NCBI GenBank assembly: GCA_050084985.1
Contig: JBITNC010000001.1
Location: 141,422,001 to 141,486,000 of the forward strand
Reading direction: 5' to 3'
Origin: Nageia nagi
Taxonomy: Eukaryota; Plantae; Pinophyta
Length of the DNA stretch: 64,000 nucleotides
The notes below the pieces were generated by a model. That model did not search any database. It saw only the letters and a program-made list of their open reading frames with translations, and was not told the origin of the DNA. The translations under genes and the position numbers were made by a program. This document shows positions 42,301 to 57,000 of this stretch, in pieces; the first letter of the stretch is position 1, and the number at the start of each line of letters is the position of its first letter.

Positions 42301-45279
42301 TGTATGGAGTTGGGATATGATGGGGGTTATTATGTTGTTGAGGAGGATCTTATTGATATCATCAAGCTCAGTTGGTAACTTAGATGGCATAAATGAATCC
42401 TTATTGTGGGATTTTTGGATTAATTAGATTTTCTTGATTTGGGGGTGGAATATTATGCTATGTTAGCTATTTTTGGGTATGGTTGAGTAATGAATTATGG
42501 AACACATCAAGTGTTTCATTGGAAAGTACCACCAAATTATCAAATTTAATTTCATTTCTATCAATAAGATCTTGAAATACATGATGTAAAACTCAATAAT
42601 AGTTTTTATCATAACTTGAAATTCTATGGTATGCATAAAATTATCCTTCTCTAAAGAAACATGGCCTTGGTTTTAAAGGATATTATAGATGGATAGGTGG
42701 AAGGATGATTACATTGCATTGGATTAGTTTTTCAAAAATGAGAGCTAAATTATCATTAAGGGATATCCATTATTGGTTCAGAGTACAAGTAAATTAGGTT
42801 TGATTTCAACTTGATTCTTGATTTCATTTTTGATTTGGATCTTGGTGGTTCTAATGAGGTTGGTAAGAAGCTAATGTTTTTTTTTCTACTTTGGTATTGA
42901 CCAGATCTAATTGCCATAATGCCAATATAATTTAATTTAACTAATAGATTTTTATTTTTAATAGTAAATTTGATAAACTTTGGTTTGGGATTCTTGGAAT
43001 GAATCTTGAGTTTATGTTCTTCAATGGCCAACTTTTCTAATTTTGGACCATGGTAAGGTATTAATAAAAGATTTATAATATTTCAATTCATAAGGAATGG
43101 AATATATGCTTAGCACATGATATTTAAAGGAGATTGATTAATTTTTCTTGAGGAATATGGAAGGTAAGTTCATTGATCAATGATCTCCATCTAGACATAA
43201 AGTTAGAAATAGACTCATCATAATATTGATTAATATAACAAAATTTAGTAATAGAAGATTATTTGTGATGTTGATGGAGAAATATTCCAAGAATTGCATG
43301 GCTATTTGGTTTAAGGAAATAATAGAATATTGGGGTAGGTTGTTATGCTATTCAAGCACCTTTCCAACTAAGGAGAGAAGGAATGTGCATAACATAAGGG
43401 TATCATTTTTATTAATGAGATGTAATGAATAATGGAATGCCTTCTAATTATTTTGAGCATCTTCTTTCCCATTTATGTTTTCAAACTTAGGCATCTTATA
43501 ATGAATGGGATAATAATGAACAAAAATGAAAGAATGGATAGGTTCATTGAAGATCTAGTCATATGATGAATTGGGGTAATGATGCAAACTCTGTATCTTA
43601 AGTTTATTTTTTTTTACAATGAGAATTTGCATCATTCCATCTTAAGGATACAATAGGGGTATTTGTAATGGATGAATAGATGAAGAGGATATTTAGGTAT
43701 CTTATGTGGGAATAGTGGAAGCATAGATGTTAGTAGGAAAATGTATTAGAACTATGGTTGAGGGATAATGGTTTATGATTATGGTATGGAATGAATAGGT
43801 AATAGTTGCTTATTATATGCCTATATCTAAAAATTATTTTATTTGGAATGAAATACATTCACAACATGATATGGAATGATGGGATTAGAAGTGCTAACCA
43901 ATGCTTGAATTGGTATTCCAATGGTAAGTGGTGTTGAAGGTGTTTGAGATGATGGTACCCATGTTTAGAAAGAGAAGATAGGCTAAAGAGATATAGGAGG
44001 TAAAAATGTGGTACCTGCATTTGAACTAATAATAAAATATAGAAAGATCAAAATAATAACTTGAGTTATTTTAAGTAAGGATTATGGGAACTAGAAAAGA
44101 ATTTGATGACTTTTATTTAGGTATGGAAGAAGTGGAAATCATTTTCACTAGATAGGATATAGGTTCCCTCTCAAGAATAGTAGGAATGGTTAAGACTTAT
44201 GTAAGGGAATATAGTATGAATTCCTTCATAAGGGGAGTTTCAATGATGAAATTAGAAATTATATTAGCAAACAAAGGGTTTGATCGAATTCTAAGGGAGG
44301 TTATATTTCTAAATTACAAGTAATGATGTAAATATTTAGGATTTGCATCTAAAATTGCATCCACATATTTTCTTCTAGATTTTAGGGATCAATAAATTCT
44401 ATAGAGACTTGATATCATATGGGGTAGTGGTTGGAATAAATACTATGCTAATGGAGGTTAAAGGGTTAGACATGATTGGATTGGATTTAGAATTCTTTTC
44501 TAGTTAACTTTGATGCCTAATTTTCACCATCAATTGTTCTTTGAATGTGGAGAGTATAGACTTTGTAACTAAGGCTTGATCTATAATTAGTAGATGCTTA
44601 TAGCATACTTGGATCCTCACTTACAAGTTAAAACAAAAAATATTCATCATTATGAGACCCATCATATTGCATATAAATTCAAAATTGCATAATATAAGAC
44701 TACAAATTAATAATCTCAATCACACACAATAAGATCAACATAATGATTCACCCTAGTTCACCCAATATGGGCTACTCTAACATGGAATTAGATCCTTCTC
44801 TTCTCATTATCTATGGAAATTACAATATTGTATACATATAGAGAAATACCATCAAAATAATGGCAATACCATATCCTACAATACTATTATAATCTCCTAT
44901 GGAAAGAAGAACAAATTCAAAACTACAAAAATTCTCTAAAACTTCATTGAAAAATCAAGAGAGTAGCATGCCTTTTAATAGGCTTAAAAATATCTCCAAG
45001 ATTCTAGTTGATGATCCTCAACCTCTCAGCTATTCAAATCATTTATGCCCTTTCAAATTCCACCATTGACTCATCAAGATGCACACTATTAATGGCCTAA
45101 AAATAGTAGATGCATGTTGTTAATAGCATGTTTTTTTTTACACTAATCACCTCCATATTTCAATCTTAAATTAGTATCCAAGTATAGATACCTTTGAAAC
45201 GAGAACTACTCCTATAGAAATCAACCTAACATGATTCAATTTGGATCACACCTCCCTAATGATAAGGCATTTGGTCCCA

Positions 45280-48200
45280 TAAATACATAGATGAGGATAC
45301 AACTCCCTAACCCTAGACTTGTCCATCCACTTGGTTTTATTAGGCTTATTTCCCTTCAATCCAACTATCCATAGATTTTTCTCACCTCTTCTTGTAGCAC
45401 AAAAATTATTTTGTAATATGGAATCCTCCTTGAGTTCATCCATAGTATTAGGAGCTAAGTCATCAAGAGATGAAAAAATTAGATCTTATCCTACTTCATC
45501 TTCATTCAACATAGATAACTCATACAATTTTAAATGTTCCACATTCATAATTGAATAGATGTTCATATATGCTAGTATATTCAATCTAAACTCATTCTCA
45601 CTTACTTACTCCACAATCTCAAATGGTCCATACTTTATAGGTTTCAACTGCTTAGTTGTTCCTTACAACCTCTCCTTACTAATATGCAACCAAATATGGT
45701 CTCCTACATGAAACATATGGTCAACTCTATGTTTATCATGTCTCATCCTATACTTAGCTTGGCTTGTCTTAAGTTGCTCTTGGAGTTTCAAAAGAATTTG
45801 CTTAATCATTTTAACAAAGGTTTCAACTTGATTTTCCTCTTTCTCAAGTGAATCTTCTTCATCCTTTTTTTCCTAAACATGCAATCAAAAGGTGAAGGTG
45901 GTAGATAACCAAAACAAGTCTCAAAAGGACTCTTATTAATGGAAGAATGAATTTCCATATTGTATGAATGTTAGATATATTCAATATGTTCATTTTAAGA
46001 CTTAGGATGCTTTCCATAATAACCCCTCAATATTTGAACCACTATCATATTCACCACCTCGGTTTGTCCATCCATTTGAGGATGAAAGGAAATACTCCTC
46101 TTCAACCTTATGTCTATCTTTTCCCACAAACATGTCCAAAACTTGCCCAAAAATCTATTATCTCTATCTAAAACAATAGAAGTAGGCAATCCAAAATAAA
46201 TCCAAATATGAGAAAAGAACAAATTTATAGTAATTTGTCCTATTATTTTCTTCTTACAAGGAATTAAAACATAGATCTTGTTAAATCTATCCATAAAAAA
46301 AATAAATAGTCATGACCTTTCTTGTTCATAGGCTATCCTCCCATAAAATCCATTGAGATACACTCCCATGGACACGATGGGATTGGAAGTGGCTGATACA
46401 AATCTAATTTCCTATTACTTGGATTGCTAGTGCAACATAAAGAACACCCTCTTATGTACTTGGTAACTTGATCTTGCATCTTTGGCCAATATACATACTT
46501 TCAAAAACTGTACAATGTCTATTCGACCCCAAAATGTCTTGTAATCTTTGAAGTATGTGCTTATCTAATTAGTCCAATATTTTTACCTACAAGTACACAT
46601 AATGCATTAAAATAATAAAGAAGTCTATTTTGCAAATGAAAATTATCCAAGCCATCATACTTAGATTTAGATGAAGACAACTACTCATACACCTCTCCAA
46701 AGTTAGGATCCTACACATATACCTCTGAAAATTACTCAAAAAGAAAAGGAAGAGATTTCCACACTAAGAGGGAACTCATTGGCCACCGTTTGCACACTAT
46801 TAACAAAATAAAATTAGTATACATTGTTAATGGCATGAAATTTGTAGGTACAGGTGGTCTAGAAAGCATATCAGCAACCTTATTCTATGTTCCTTTCTTA
46901 TACTTGATCATAAGATGAAATTGTTGCAGAATACCCATCCATTAATAATGTTTAGTTTGTTGCAATTTTGATTGAGTTTGTAAGTACTTTAATGGTTTAT
47001 GATCAATATGAATGATTGTTTCTTTCCCCATTAAGTAATATTTCTACTTCTTAAAAGCTTGAACTAAGGCATACATTTCCTTATCATAACCAAGACAATT
47101 CAAAATGGCCCCACTAAATTTCTCATAATAATAGCAAATTGGTTTACCTCCTTGTAACAAAATAGTCCCCATGGCATAGTCACTTGCATCAATCTCCACT
47201 TCAAATGGCTTCTATAAATTAGGAAATGCAAGCATGGGTGCATTAATAATATTATGCTTTAAGGTATCAAAAGATGTTTATTATTGTTTCCCCCATTGGA
47301 ACCCTTGCCTCTTGCTAGTTATATCATGTAAATGTGAAGCAATATGAGAAAAATCAACAATAAACTTTCTCAAATATTGGAAAATACTTAAGAAACTCCT
47401 TACTTTGATTACATTAGATGGTTTTGGTCAATCTACTATAGCACTTACTTTACTAGGATCTATATTAAGTTATCAATGACTAATAACATGGCCCAAATAC
47501 ACCAAATACTCTTTTCTAAACTCACATTTTGAATGTTTCAACAATAAATTCTTCCTATGCAAATCTTGAAACACTTATCTAAGATGTACAATATGTTCTT
47601 CCCAAGTACAACTATAAATAAGAATATCATCCAAATATACAATAATAAAAGAATTAATAAATAGATGAAGTACATTATTCATGATTCATCACCCTCATAA
47701 ATGTGGTTGGTATATTGCACAAACTAGACGGAAAAATATGCCACTCAAATAGGCCTTGTCTTATCTTGAAAGTGGTCTTCCAAATATCCTCCCCCTTGAT
47801 TCAAACTTGGTGATATCCACTCCTCAAGTCTAGTTTTTTTAGGCATCTTCTCCCTTGCAATTGATCCAAAAGATCATCTATCTAAGACAAAGGATAATGA
47901 TTTTTGATGGTGATTTTGTTAAGTGCTCTATAGTCAATAGACATCCTCCATGTTTAATCCTTTTTGGGAACCAAAATAATAGGTGATCCCCATGAAGATG
48001 TACATGGTATGATCACACCTTTATTAACCAACTCCTAAATCCACCCCTTTATCTTCTCTTACTCCAAAATTGATTATCAATACCAAGTTATGTTGGGTAA
48101 TGAAGCATTAGGTAACAATTGAATATCATGCTATATATCCTGCATAGGAGGTAATCCTTATGGCTCTACAAATAAATCAATAAACTCTTAGACCAATTTC

Positions 48201-49770
48201 TACATTTGCTCTATCCTTTTGCACATTGATAATAGCATAAAATAAGTGTTTCATGCCAATGATAGCATGAGATTCACCTTACCATAAGCTCTAATTTTTA
48301 CCATGATCAACACAAATTTTTTATAAGCATTTACAAGGAATTTTACTTGATTGGTAGTGAACAAAGGTAGCTTTTTCCTATTTTTATGTGCACTAACTTG
48401 AAACACCTTTTCATCTTTTACAAATCGTAATTTGTTTAGTATTTTGTAATAAATAACATCTCTATCCCACATATAAGGGTTACCAAGAATAACACTACAA
48501 AATTCTAAATTAACAACATCAACCATAACTTCATCAATGTACTTTGCATAAATATCAAATTTCAACTTACATTATTTAGTGACTTGCAAAATAGCATTGC
48601 GATGCACCCAACCTAAAGGATATGATTTTGGATGGTTGAAATTTTTCAATTTGAAATTACTTACCATAGATTCTAGTGTCAAATTTTCTTGAGAACTTAG
48701 ATCAACAATGCAATCAACTCGTGTTTTCTTGATTTGGATTTTGAGGTGAAATAAACAAATCCCTTGTTCTTGAATGTCTTGATATTCTTCAAATTTTTGA
48801 ATGGTTAAATAATTTAGTTTCTTATCAACATCTGAAATTCCCTCAATATCCTCACATTTAAGAACCATACCATTAGTTTTCTCCTTATTATTTTTCTTAT
48901 ATGGAAGTAATTTTGGATGAATTTTACAACATTTATCATCAATATGACCATATTTATCATAATGAATACAATGCCTATTATCATATTCTTTATTTGAAAT
49001 ATTAGTGGACTTAATTTCTTGCTTACCTTTACCTTTATCTTGTCATCCATATTGAATTAGAAGCCTTCTTAAATTCATCATATTATCTCCTTGCTTTACC
49101 ATGCTCTTCTAAGTATTGCGCTTGCATACACACTTAATTAAGATTAGTAGGATTAAAAAACATGATAGTATTTGGAAAATGACTATGTAGACCTCCAATG
49201 TACTTCATTAATGTTTGATAATATTTTAGTGAAACGCCAAGAAAAGTAGCTTGTTTCTAAAATTTTGTAGTGTATTCTTGAACTGTTTTCCCTCTTTATT
49301 TGCTAAAGAATTTCCATTTCATTAATTGTTTATTATGATGTTCCAATGGATAAAATTGATCTCTTAACAAATTCTTAAATTCAACCCAAGAAGATACTTT
49401 TGATAAGTGTTCATGACTAAGAGTTTCTACATGGCTTTCCCACAAAACTAAAGCATGTCCACCCATATTTAATCTATCAAAAGAGATTTTGTAAATATCA
49501 TTTACAACACCATGAATTTGAAAATAAACTTCCAATTGTTTCAACCAATTATTCAATGTTTTTGCATAAACCTCTCCACCAAAAGTAGGAATGCCCACTT
49601 TGGCCTCCATCTTGAATGGAACTTGATTTGATGAAGATGATGAATTAGGTCCTCCAACTTCATTTCATTCCATTTGATTGATATTTACAGTTACTCCAGC
49701 AGCCAAAAACTTGGCCAAATTATTCTCCATTACTAAAAATTACCTTTAAAAATTGGCATCTGACATGGTA
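45280..49770 (-). pseudogene. gag-pol polyprotein remnant with C-terminal chromodomain-like segment
   Basis: gag ORF 49296..49610; protease CIVDLSSQEN..HPKSYPLGW; RT IVYLDDILIYS (~47610-47645); RH PFEVEIDASDYA (~47175-47210); INT HPQMDGQTEVVN; GPF motif ~45620; tail DSIL..TRRGEKNLWIVGLKG..KW..YPHL. Confidence 0.92.
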
Positions 49771-49958
49771 TGAAAAATAGACTATTTCTCCTCCAAATCA
49801 TCCATTTGAGTCACTCTGTACCTTCAACCAATCTCAAGATCATCCAAAATAAATTTTGATCTTTGATATCTCCTCTCAAACATAAAAAAAGTGTGCCATT
49901 GATGGCTTGAAATCCCCACAATTTTGATCCTAAATTTTATGCATACAAGCTTTGATAC

Positions 49959-50552
49959 TGGTGCAGATTCCCTTAGAAGATCCAAATAAATCTCCAAAAA
50001 AAGTAATTGATTTACACAACAAGCAAACCAATGGAAGAATAACCTTTTTTTAACACACACTTTATTTTATTCTTCTGAATCTGCACTGCCTTTTTTCAGG
50101 TCTGTTACAATAGCTCATATAGCCAAGAGAAAACTTGCACTTCCAGAAAATCCCGAACTATCCAAAAACTCGTACTTACTAAAAATAGAAACTTTCCAAA
50201 AATAGACAAATGGAAACTTTCTAAAAATAGAAAGGTCCTCAAATCATGGCCAAACTGGGCATTCAAGCTTAGTTAACAAGGACTAAAGGAACTCTCACTT
50301 ATTATCTTAAACAAACTCTTACAACAAAAGATATTAAAGTCTACTTATTGAAAAATCTTGAAAACTGACACTAAAAGCTAATTTTGAGGCACTAAACGAT
50401 GGATTTAGGTCAATCGGAAAACTTTCCATTTGGACGCATGCCTCCCATAGGAGGTTGCCACCGCATGATAAAAACCCATATCTAGCTCTCCTCAAAATTT
50501 CAAGACGATCCGACGGTGAGATCAAAAGTTATGAACTTTTTACGGTGCATCA
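49959..50552. mobile_element. Solo LTR (594 bp) inserted in the PBS of the CRM element
   Basis: TGGTGCA...TGCATCA termini; perfect TSD GATAC at 49954-49958 and 50553-50557; CpGs retained. Confidence 0.92.
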
Positions 50553-53500
50553 GATACCACATGATTTGTAATCATCGAATGCTTATAGCATACTCAGATC
50601 CTTAGTTATAGATTCAAACAAAAAAAATATTCACTATTATAGGACCCATAAAATTGCATATAAATTCAAAATTTCATAATGTAAAACTATAAATTAATAA
50701 TCTCAATCACACATAACAAGATCAATAAAATGATTTACCTTAGTTCACCTAATGTGGGATAATCTAGCATGGAATTGGAGCCTTCTCTTCTCATTTTTTA
50801 TGAACATTACAATATTGCATACATATAGAGAAATATCATCAAAATAATGACAATACCATATCCTACAATATTACTATAATATCCTACAATAAGAAGAATA
50901 ACTTTAGAACTATAAAAATTCTCTAAAACTCCATTGAAAAATCAAGAGAGTAGCATGCCTTTAAATAGGCTTGGAAACATCTCCAAGACATTTGTTGATG
51001 ATCTTGAACTTCTTAACTATCTGAATTATTGATGGAATTTCAACTTTCACTACTGATTAATCAAGATGCACACTATTAACAACCTAAAATTAGTATATGC
51101 ATGTTGTTAATAGCATGGTTTTTGTCATCAATTACCTCTAGATTTTAGTCTTCAATCAGTATCCAAAAACAAATACCTCTGAAATGAGTACTACACCTGT
51201 AGAGATCAACTTGACATGATCTAATTTAGATCAAGGCTATTTGTATTGATTTTTATGAAGGAATGATATTTATTTAAAATAAAAAAAATTTAATAAAGGA
51301 TAACATAGTGTAACAATAATTTAAATAAGTGGTAATAAATAATCTTATATATTCTTTTATGCAATGTTATATGGTTGTTTACCTAGAAGTGAATATAGTC
51401 AAGTATTTTAACAAGGTACATTGGTGATCTATTGGTAGGGTTTCTTAAAAATTTCATCACTATCCTTATTTACATAATTTTCAATGGGCATAGTGATTGA
51501 CTATTGTATGTGAAGCATCCGTGCAAACACATACAGTCACCCATGATCCAAGGGAGGGTAAGGATTTTCTTAGGACTAACTAACCTAAGTGATAGATGAA
51601 AATTGATAATCAATGGCTTCATATGGATAGTTTAGAATTATAAGGATCAATAAGCCCTTGATATAATCTAGGTAAGTGGGGCCCAAATTCATCCATTAAG
51701 TAGTTCATAAGCCTAGGTATTGGGGCCTATACCTTCATTTAATCATAATAGAGTAAATGGTAAGGGGACTTAGCTAATTGAAACCCTTGTTTTTTTTTAT
51801 ATATATACTCATCTAAAATAACAAGTTTCCCCATTTTAACCACATTCATAGGCATGTAAATTGAAAGATGAATAGGAGAGGGATAAATATGCAAAAATAT
51901 GAATGCAATATTGCAATTCAATGCAAGATAATCTAGATCTAATACAAGGGTAAAATCTAGTAACATAAATAAAATAACTAAGAATATATGTTATTAAAAA
52001 AATAGAACTTGGGAGCTTAAGTTTAAAGGATTACCTGTATGATTGTGTTGTCAATGTGGATTACTTATTTATTATGAAATATTTAGCTCTCCATAACTTT
52101 TAACTTGGTACAAGGAAATAAGAGAAACTTTAAATAGAATTGCATAATTAGGGAGCCACCTAAACTATTGAAGGAGGAAGCCTTCCTTAGTAGGTGGGGA
52201 ACCCTCTAAACCTAATCAAAGGATTGGTAAACAAGATTGATAATAAGTATGTAAATGATAGACATTTATGATACTTGAGAGGAATGATCGATGATGAATA
52301 TTGACATTGATTATAACAAAGATACCAAGGTTGAATTGAGGATTCATGGTATAAAAATGACGGGATTGACCCTAGTGATAAAATATAAGGAAAAAAAATA
52401 ACATAACAATGGAAAAATGATGACCCAGGTATATTGTTCAATGCTCTAGTAATGGGGAACAATAAGCACAATATTATCAAGAAACAAATAGGGGAGAGAA
52501 ACACTCTCACTAGTCCTTCCATAAATAGGAATAATCAAGAAAAGAATGAGGATGTATGATCTTGGAATACCAAATTCACCCTCCATGGTGATATTTGAGG
52601 AGTAAGAAAGTGAAGATGATAAAAAATGATCTCCAAATCTCACAAAATGTCTCTAAATATGCCCTAATAATGCTTGCATAACTTTATACTTAAATGATAT
52701 TGCAATGTTATGTTCATAAAATGACCCAAATAGGGTTTTATTTATAGATAAAGAGCGACATGCTCCACCCTTAGATATAGTGGTAAACTAGTTGCCTAAG
52801 ATCAAGAGTTAAACCTAGATGTTATAAAATAATGATAATAATTAATCAAATCACAAAATAAAGTAATAGGATTAAAGCACCACACTCAGGTACAATTAGG
52901 AAGGAGTGTTATATGATGGGAAGATACATGTACGAATAGGATGGAAGCACTACACTCAAGCATGGATAAGGAAGGAGCATAGTATGATATTTTTCATCTA
53001 ATGGTTTAGATTACATAGGGGATTTGATGATGATGGATCCTGATTACAAATTGTATTTTTATACATTTTGAGGGGTAAAATGCTCATCTAATGAGTAATT
53101 AAGGCATTAGTTATATTTTTAGCTCAAATTAAGCTAGATCAATATGATCAAGAGAGATTTAATAATAAGATAAAGGAAAATTAATAAAATAAATTGATTA
53201 TAGAAGAAAAGGCATTATTTTGAGGTGTCTACACCTTGAAATGAACTTTTTCAATCTCTCATTAGAATCTTTCTTGGTAGATATCAATTCTTTTATGGTA
53301 ATTAGTCTAGGCATATTAAACTATAATTTCCTCTTAAAGAGAGTACCAAATTACTTATATATGAAGTAATAGATCCATGTGGAAAAGATAAATACCATAT
53401 AAATGCATCATCCTTAATTATTGTAGGAATATATTTTTACATGAGATTATGATTCACTCTAAACATTAGCTCAAACTTCATTTTAAATGATTTGATATGT

Positions 53501-53861
53501 GGATTAGGATTTCTTTCTCAATTAAATGATTTGAATGTGGGCTTTATGTGATGTTTTATGGATATTATCTTGCAGATATTATTAGGAAGATGGTTTTTAT
53601 CTTTAATTATTTTAAGGTTATTATTAGTATCTATTTAAATTTTAAGATCTTGAGTTCTTGTCACCAAAGAATTATTGGAGAGGATGCCATACCACTTCTT
53701 TGACTAACTTCAATCTTAGGAGCTGTAGAGATCTTCACTTCATAAAAATATCTTAATATTATTCCATTTCAATATCACAAATTATATCTAAAATATTTTA
53801 GTAATAACCATATTTGAAATCACTGAAATGAAATATTATTCCTACCTAAAAACCTCTACAA

Positions 53862-54048
53862 TCCAACAAGTGTAGGGGAGTTGGTGAGAGGGGTAGTTGA
53901 AATCTCTCGAGTTGTTCATAGGAGACCCTAGATTCAAATCTCACTTCCTCACTTGCATGTGGATATGTCTAATGTAATAAATGGTAGGTGTTAATTCCCT
54001 GCAAACCTTCATTATGTGAGAACATTGTCTTCTTCATACAAAAAAATA
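53862..54048 (+). mobile_element. tRNA-derived SINE
   Basis: Box A-like TGGTGAGAGGGG 53882-53893, box B-like GATTCAAATC 53931-53940, A-rich tail, and 13-bp TSD AAAA(C/A)CTCTACAA (53849-53861; 54049-54061). Confidence 0.8.
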
Positions 54049-57000
54049 AAAAACTCTACAAGTTTTGGCACAACTAGTGGAAAACTTTTAATGAAAGTAT
54101 CATAAAAGTGATGGGTCCTCAAATATATATATATATATATGAAGTAGTAACATATTTATATCGTTAACTAAATACAAATAATTTTTTTGGTATAAATAAA
54201 TAATAATATGACCTATTTAATGGACTAAACCCTAAAAATTAATAATTTTAAGTTAGAAATGAACAAGCAAATATATCATATTTACCTTATAAAAAGAAAT
54301 AAAGCTATACCTAGCTTGAAGAGGTTCATCATGAATTTCTTTTGATATTTGAACTACTTTTGTTCTTCACCAATATTGTGCATCAATACACAATATATAA
54401 ACTTAGATCATATGATATTGTACAATATTACCCTAATAGTATAATTCAAATCTAATACTGATCATCAAATTGACCTCCAATGGTTCCTATTTAAGTACTA
54501 AATTAAAAATTATGAAGATAGTGATAAGAATAGGGTGCCAAATCAAAGTTTATAGGTGGTTGTAAGAATTACTAATCACATCCAATAATGAGAATTACAA
54601 AATTCATAAAATATAATATACCAAGAGTTGATTATTCTCTTGCCAACCATAATTATTTAGAAAAAATGAGGATTTGGACTAATGAACAATGATTGTAGAT
54701 ATTTTATGTAGAAAATAATGGATGCATGGTTAGTTACCACCATATTCAAAATGAACTTCATAAATGCACATGAAGAAGATAAATAATAAATTTTTATCAA
54801 CAATGCATGGCATGATCAACTTATTTCAAGACCATGTTATTGAAATTATGGAGGTTGGACCAAGTAAATCCATGGTTTATAAAATGATTGGGGGAGAAAT
54901 AAGAGTTGGGATCGACTAAAGAGAGCTTATTTTTCATGAAAAACTATAGTTCTAATTAACCCATATTATAGTGCATCAAAATATGGTTAATTTTGTTAGA
55001 AATTGTTTTAACATTGTTAAAGTTCTAATAAAGAATCCATCTAGTAAGTGATAATAAAAAGGCAATCAATTGCTAGATATTACATTTTTAAAATGCATTA
55101 TTGAGGGTACAACAATTAATTATCCATAATAGTTAATAAATTAATTGAGAATATAAACTACGTGATAAGATTGGTCTATTCCCTAAGTAACAAAATAAGA
55201 ATGTCATGAATGTACCATAAAAATAATAGTGCTAGTCATCCATGAGAATTTAATTAATATAATATGAGTAGTTGTTGGACTATATAAAATTCCATCTATT
55301 TTGAAGCAAAAAATATGCAATATTGACTTACAAAGAAATCAAATATAACATACAATATTATTAAGGTATATTGGCTAACTCACTATGGACCATGTATTTT
55401 TGAACTAAGATTGCTAGTCCTAGTCTAACATTGCATGATAAAAAATTCATGATGAACAATTGAGGAACATGTATCTTTCAATGATATTAAAATCCTCTCC
55501 TATGCTTGAGCATTGACGAATATTCAAAGCTCAAAGTTTCAACCAAGGTTCCTTAAAAGACTTACATTACTTGAGAGGAATCCATGATGGGTTTTTAGGG
55601 AGAAGAAGGCAAGATCCTATGGAGCTATAGGGGATACAAGAGCATGGGTAATAATTTAAAAAGGGTATTTATGGAGGTAGTGAATCTAAACACGTGAAGC
55701 TTTTCTATGAGAGTAAGAATGGGTTAATATGCATAGATTTTCCTTTTTTTTATTATTCTTAACTATTATTGTTCACTTGTATAAATACATTAGAAGTGAT
55801 AGTTAAAGTTTGAGAAGACTTTAGTTTAAAGTAACCCTCCATGAGAGGAAAATATTTGATATTAGAGGAAGTAAACTTATGCTAATAATAAGTATTGTAT
55901 AAAATAATATGAAGTATACACTATTAAAAGTATACTTCATAAAAATGAATGCCAATATACTCTTTAAGATATATTAATTTAACTACAAAGTTTTGAAGGA
56001 ATCATCGTAGAAGGAAAAATAAAAAAGGGTAATTTAATTTACAAAAACATCTTAAGGGAGACATTATCATTTATAATGAAATTTTAATGTTATGGTTAGA
56101 AAATAAAGAGGGTAATTTGATAATACCATGGACCTTTACAAACTAGGATTAAGATATATTACAAGTAGAGAAATAAAAAATAAAACATCCTTCATGAGGT
56201 TTTGGATTCTTTTGAATTTGATGTCATAAGTACATATCATGTCATTTTAATTCAATTGCAAATGAGAGTATCATTTGAGATCAAGCAAAGGAAATCCAAA
56301 AATAAGGCTATGTTCATCAAGTCACTTACATGCATTATCAAAATATTTCATGAGTAAAAAATATTAGTGGCTAAGGAATCACTTTATGGAATATCTTTCG
56401 TACAAAATTTCAAGGACACTTTCTTGGGGCCATAGTTCTCACCCATAACAACTTAAATATAAGTTGAAGCTATAGGTGGAGAAGCCATTATAAAAGTAAG
56501 TAAATCCATCCAAGTTAGAGTTAATGTAAGGGAAAATAGTAAATGTAATACACACATATTTTATTTTGAAGATTGGTACTTGAACATTTTCCTAACAACC
56601 TAAACATCATGGGTAACTTAGAACCATTAAACCACAATAAGGATGTTGGGTCTTCAAACTCTTCATTACATTATAGAATTTTCTCGCTATATCAATCTGC
56701 CTTCTATTAACAAATCATCCAACATAAATATTATTACAATATTTGATAAAAAATAATAATTGTTATCAATCCTTCAAATTCTAACTAAAAATAAAAATTA
56801 ATTTCTTATTTTATACAAATAATTTTAATTATCTATATATATTTCACTATCTATTCATGAAGAATTCATTCATATGATGAAGAAGAAAACACATTCAAAT
56901 TTTATTTTATTAACAAAACAATAAAACCATATATAAATAAATTCATAAAAATTACATATTTTAATTTATTTAAATAAATTTATAATACATAAACTATATT

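Larger units (their letters stand above)
44577..51233 (-). mobile_element. Full-length, decayed CRM-type chromovirus (Ty3/gypsy)
   Basis: LTRs 44577-45248 and 50562-51233 (TGAT...ATCA) with perfect TSD AGGCT (44572-44576; 51234-51238). Domain order gag-PR-RT-RH-INT-chromo. Confidence 0.96.
40748..53233 (-). mobile_element. Element C: Tat/Ogre-like Ty3/gypsy, 5' LTR ~52166-53233, gag-protease remnant; host of the CRM element
   Basis: Minus strand starts TGTAGACACCTCAAA; PBS-like GGTGGCTCCC at 52151-52160. gag: YKMPKFENINGKED..FLLSLVGKVLE*HNNLPQYSI (~43320-43505) and YAYHRI...FQDLID (~42560-42640). Protease-like HRILVDP at ~41590-41611. Confidence 0.75.

Noticed and set aside
53875-53950. tRNA gene
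   Set aside because: Boxes are degenerate and no cloverleaf is evident; the tail and TSD indicate a SINE.
54300-56650. Possible DNA-transposon or LINE coding remnants
   Set aside because: Only vague resemblance; no motif, TIR or TSD I can support without an HMM search.
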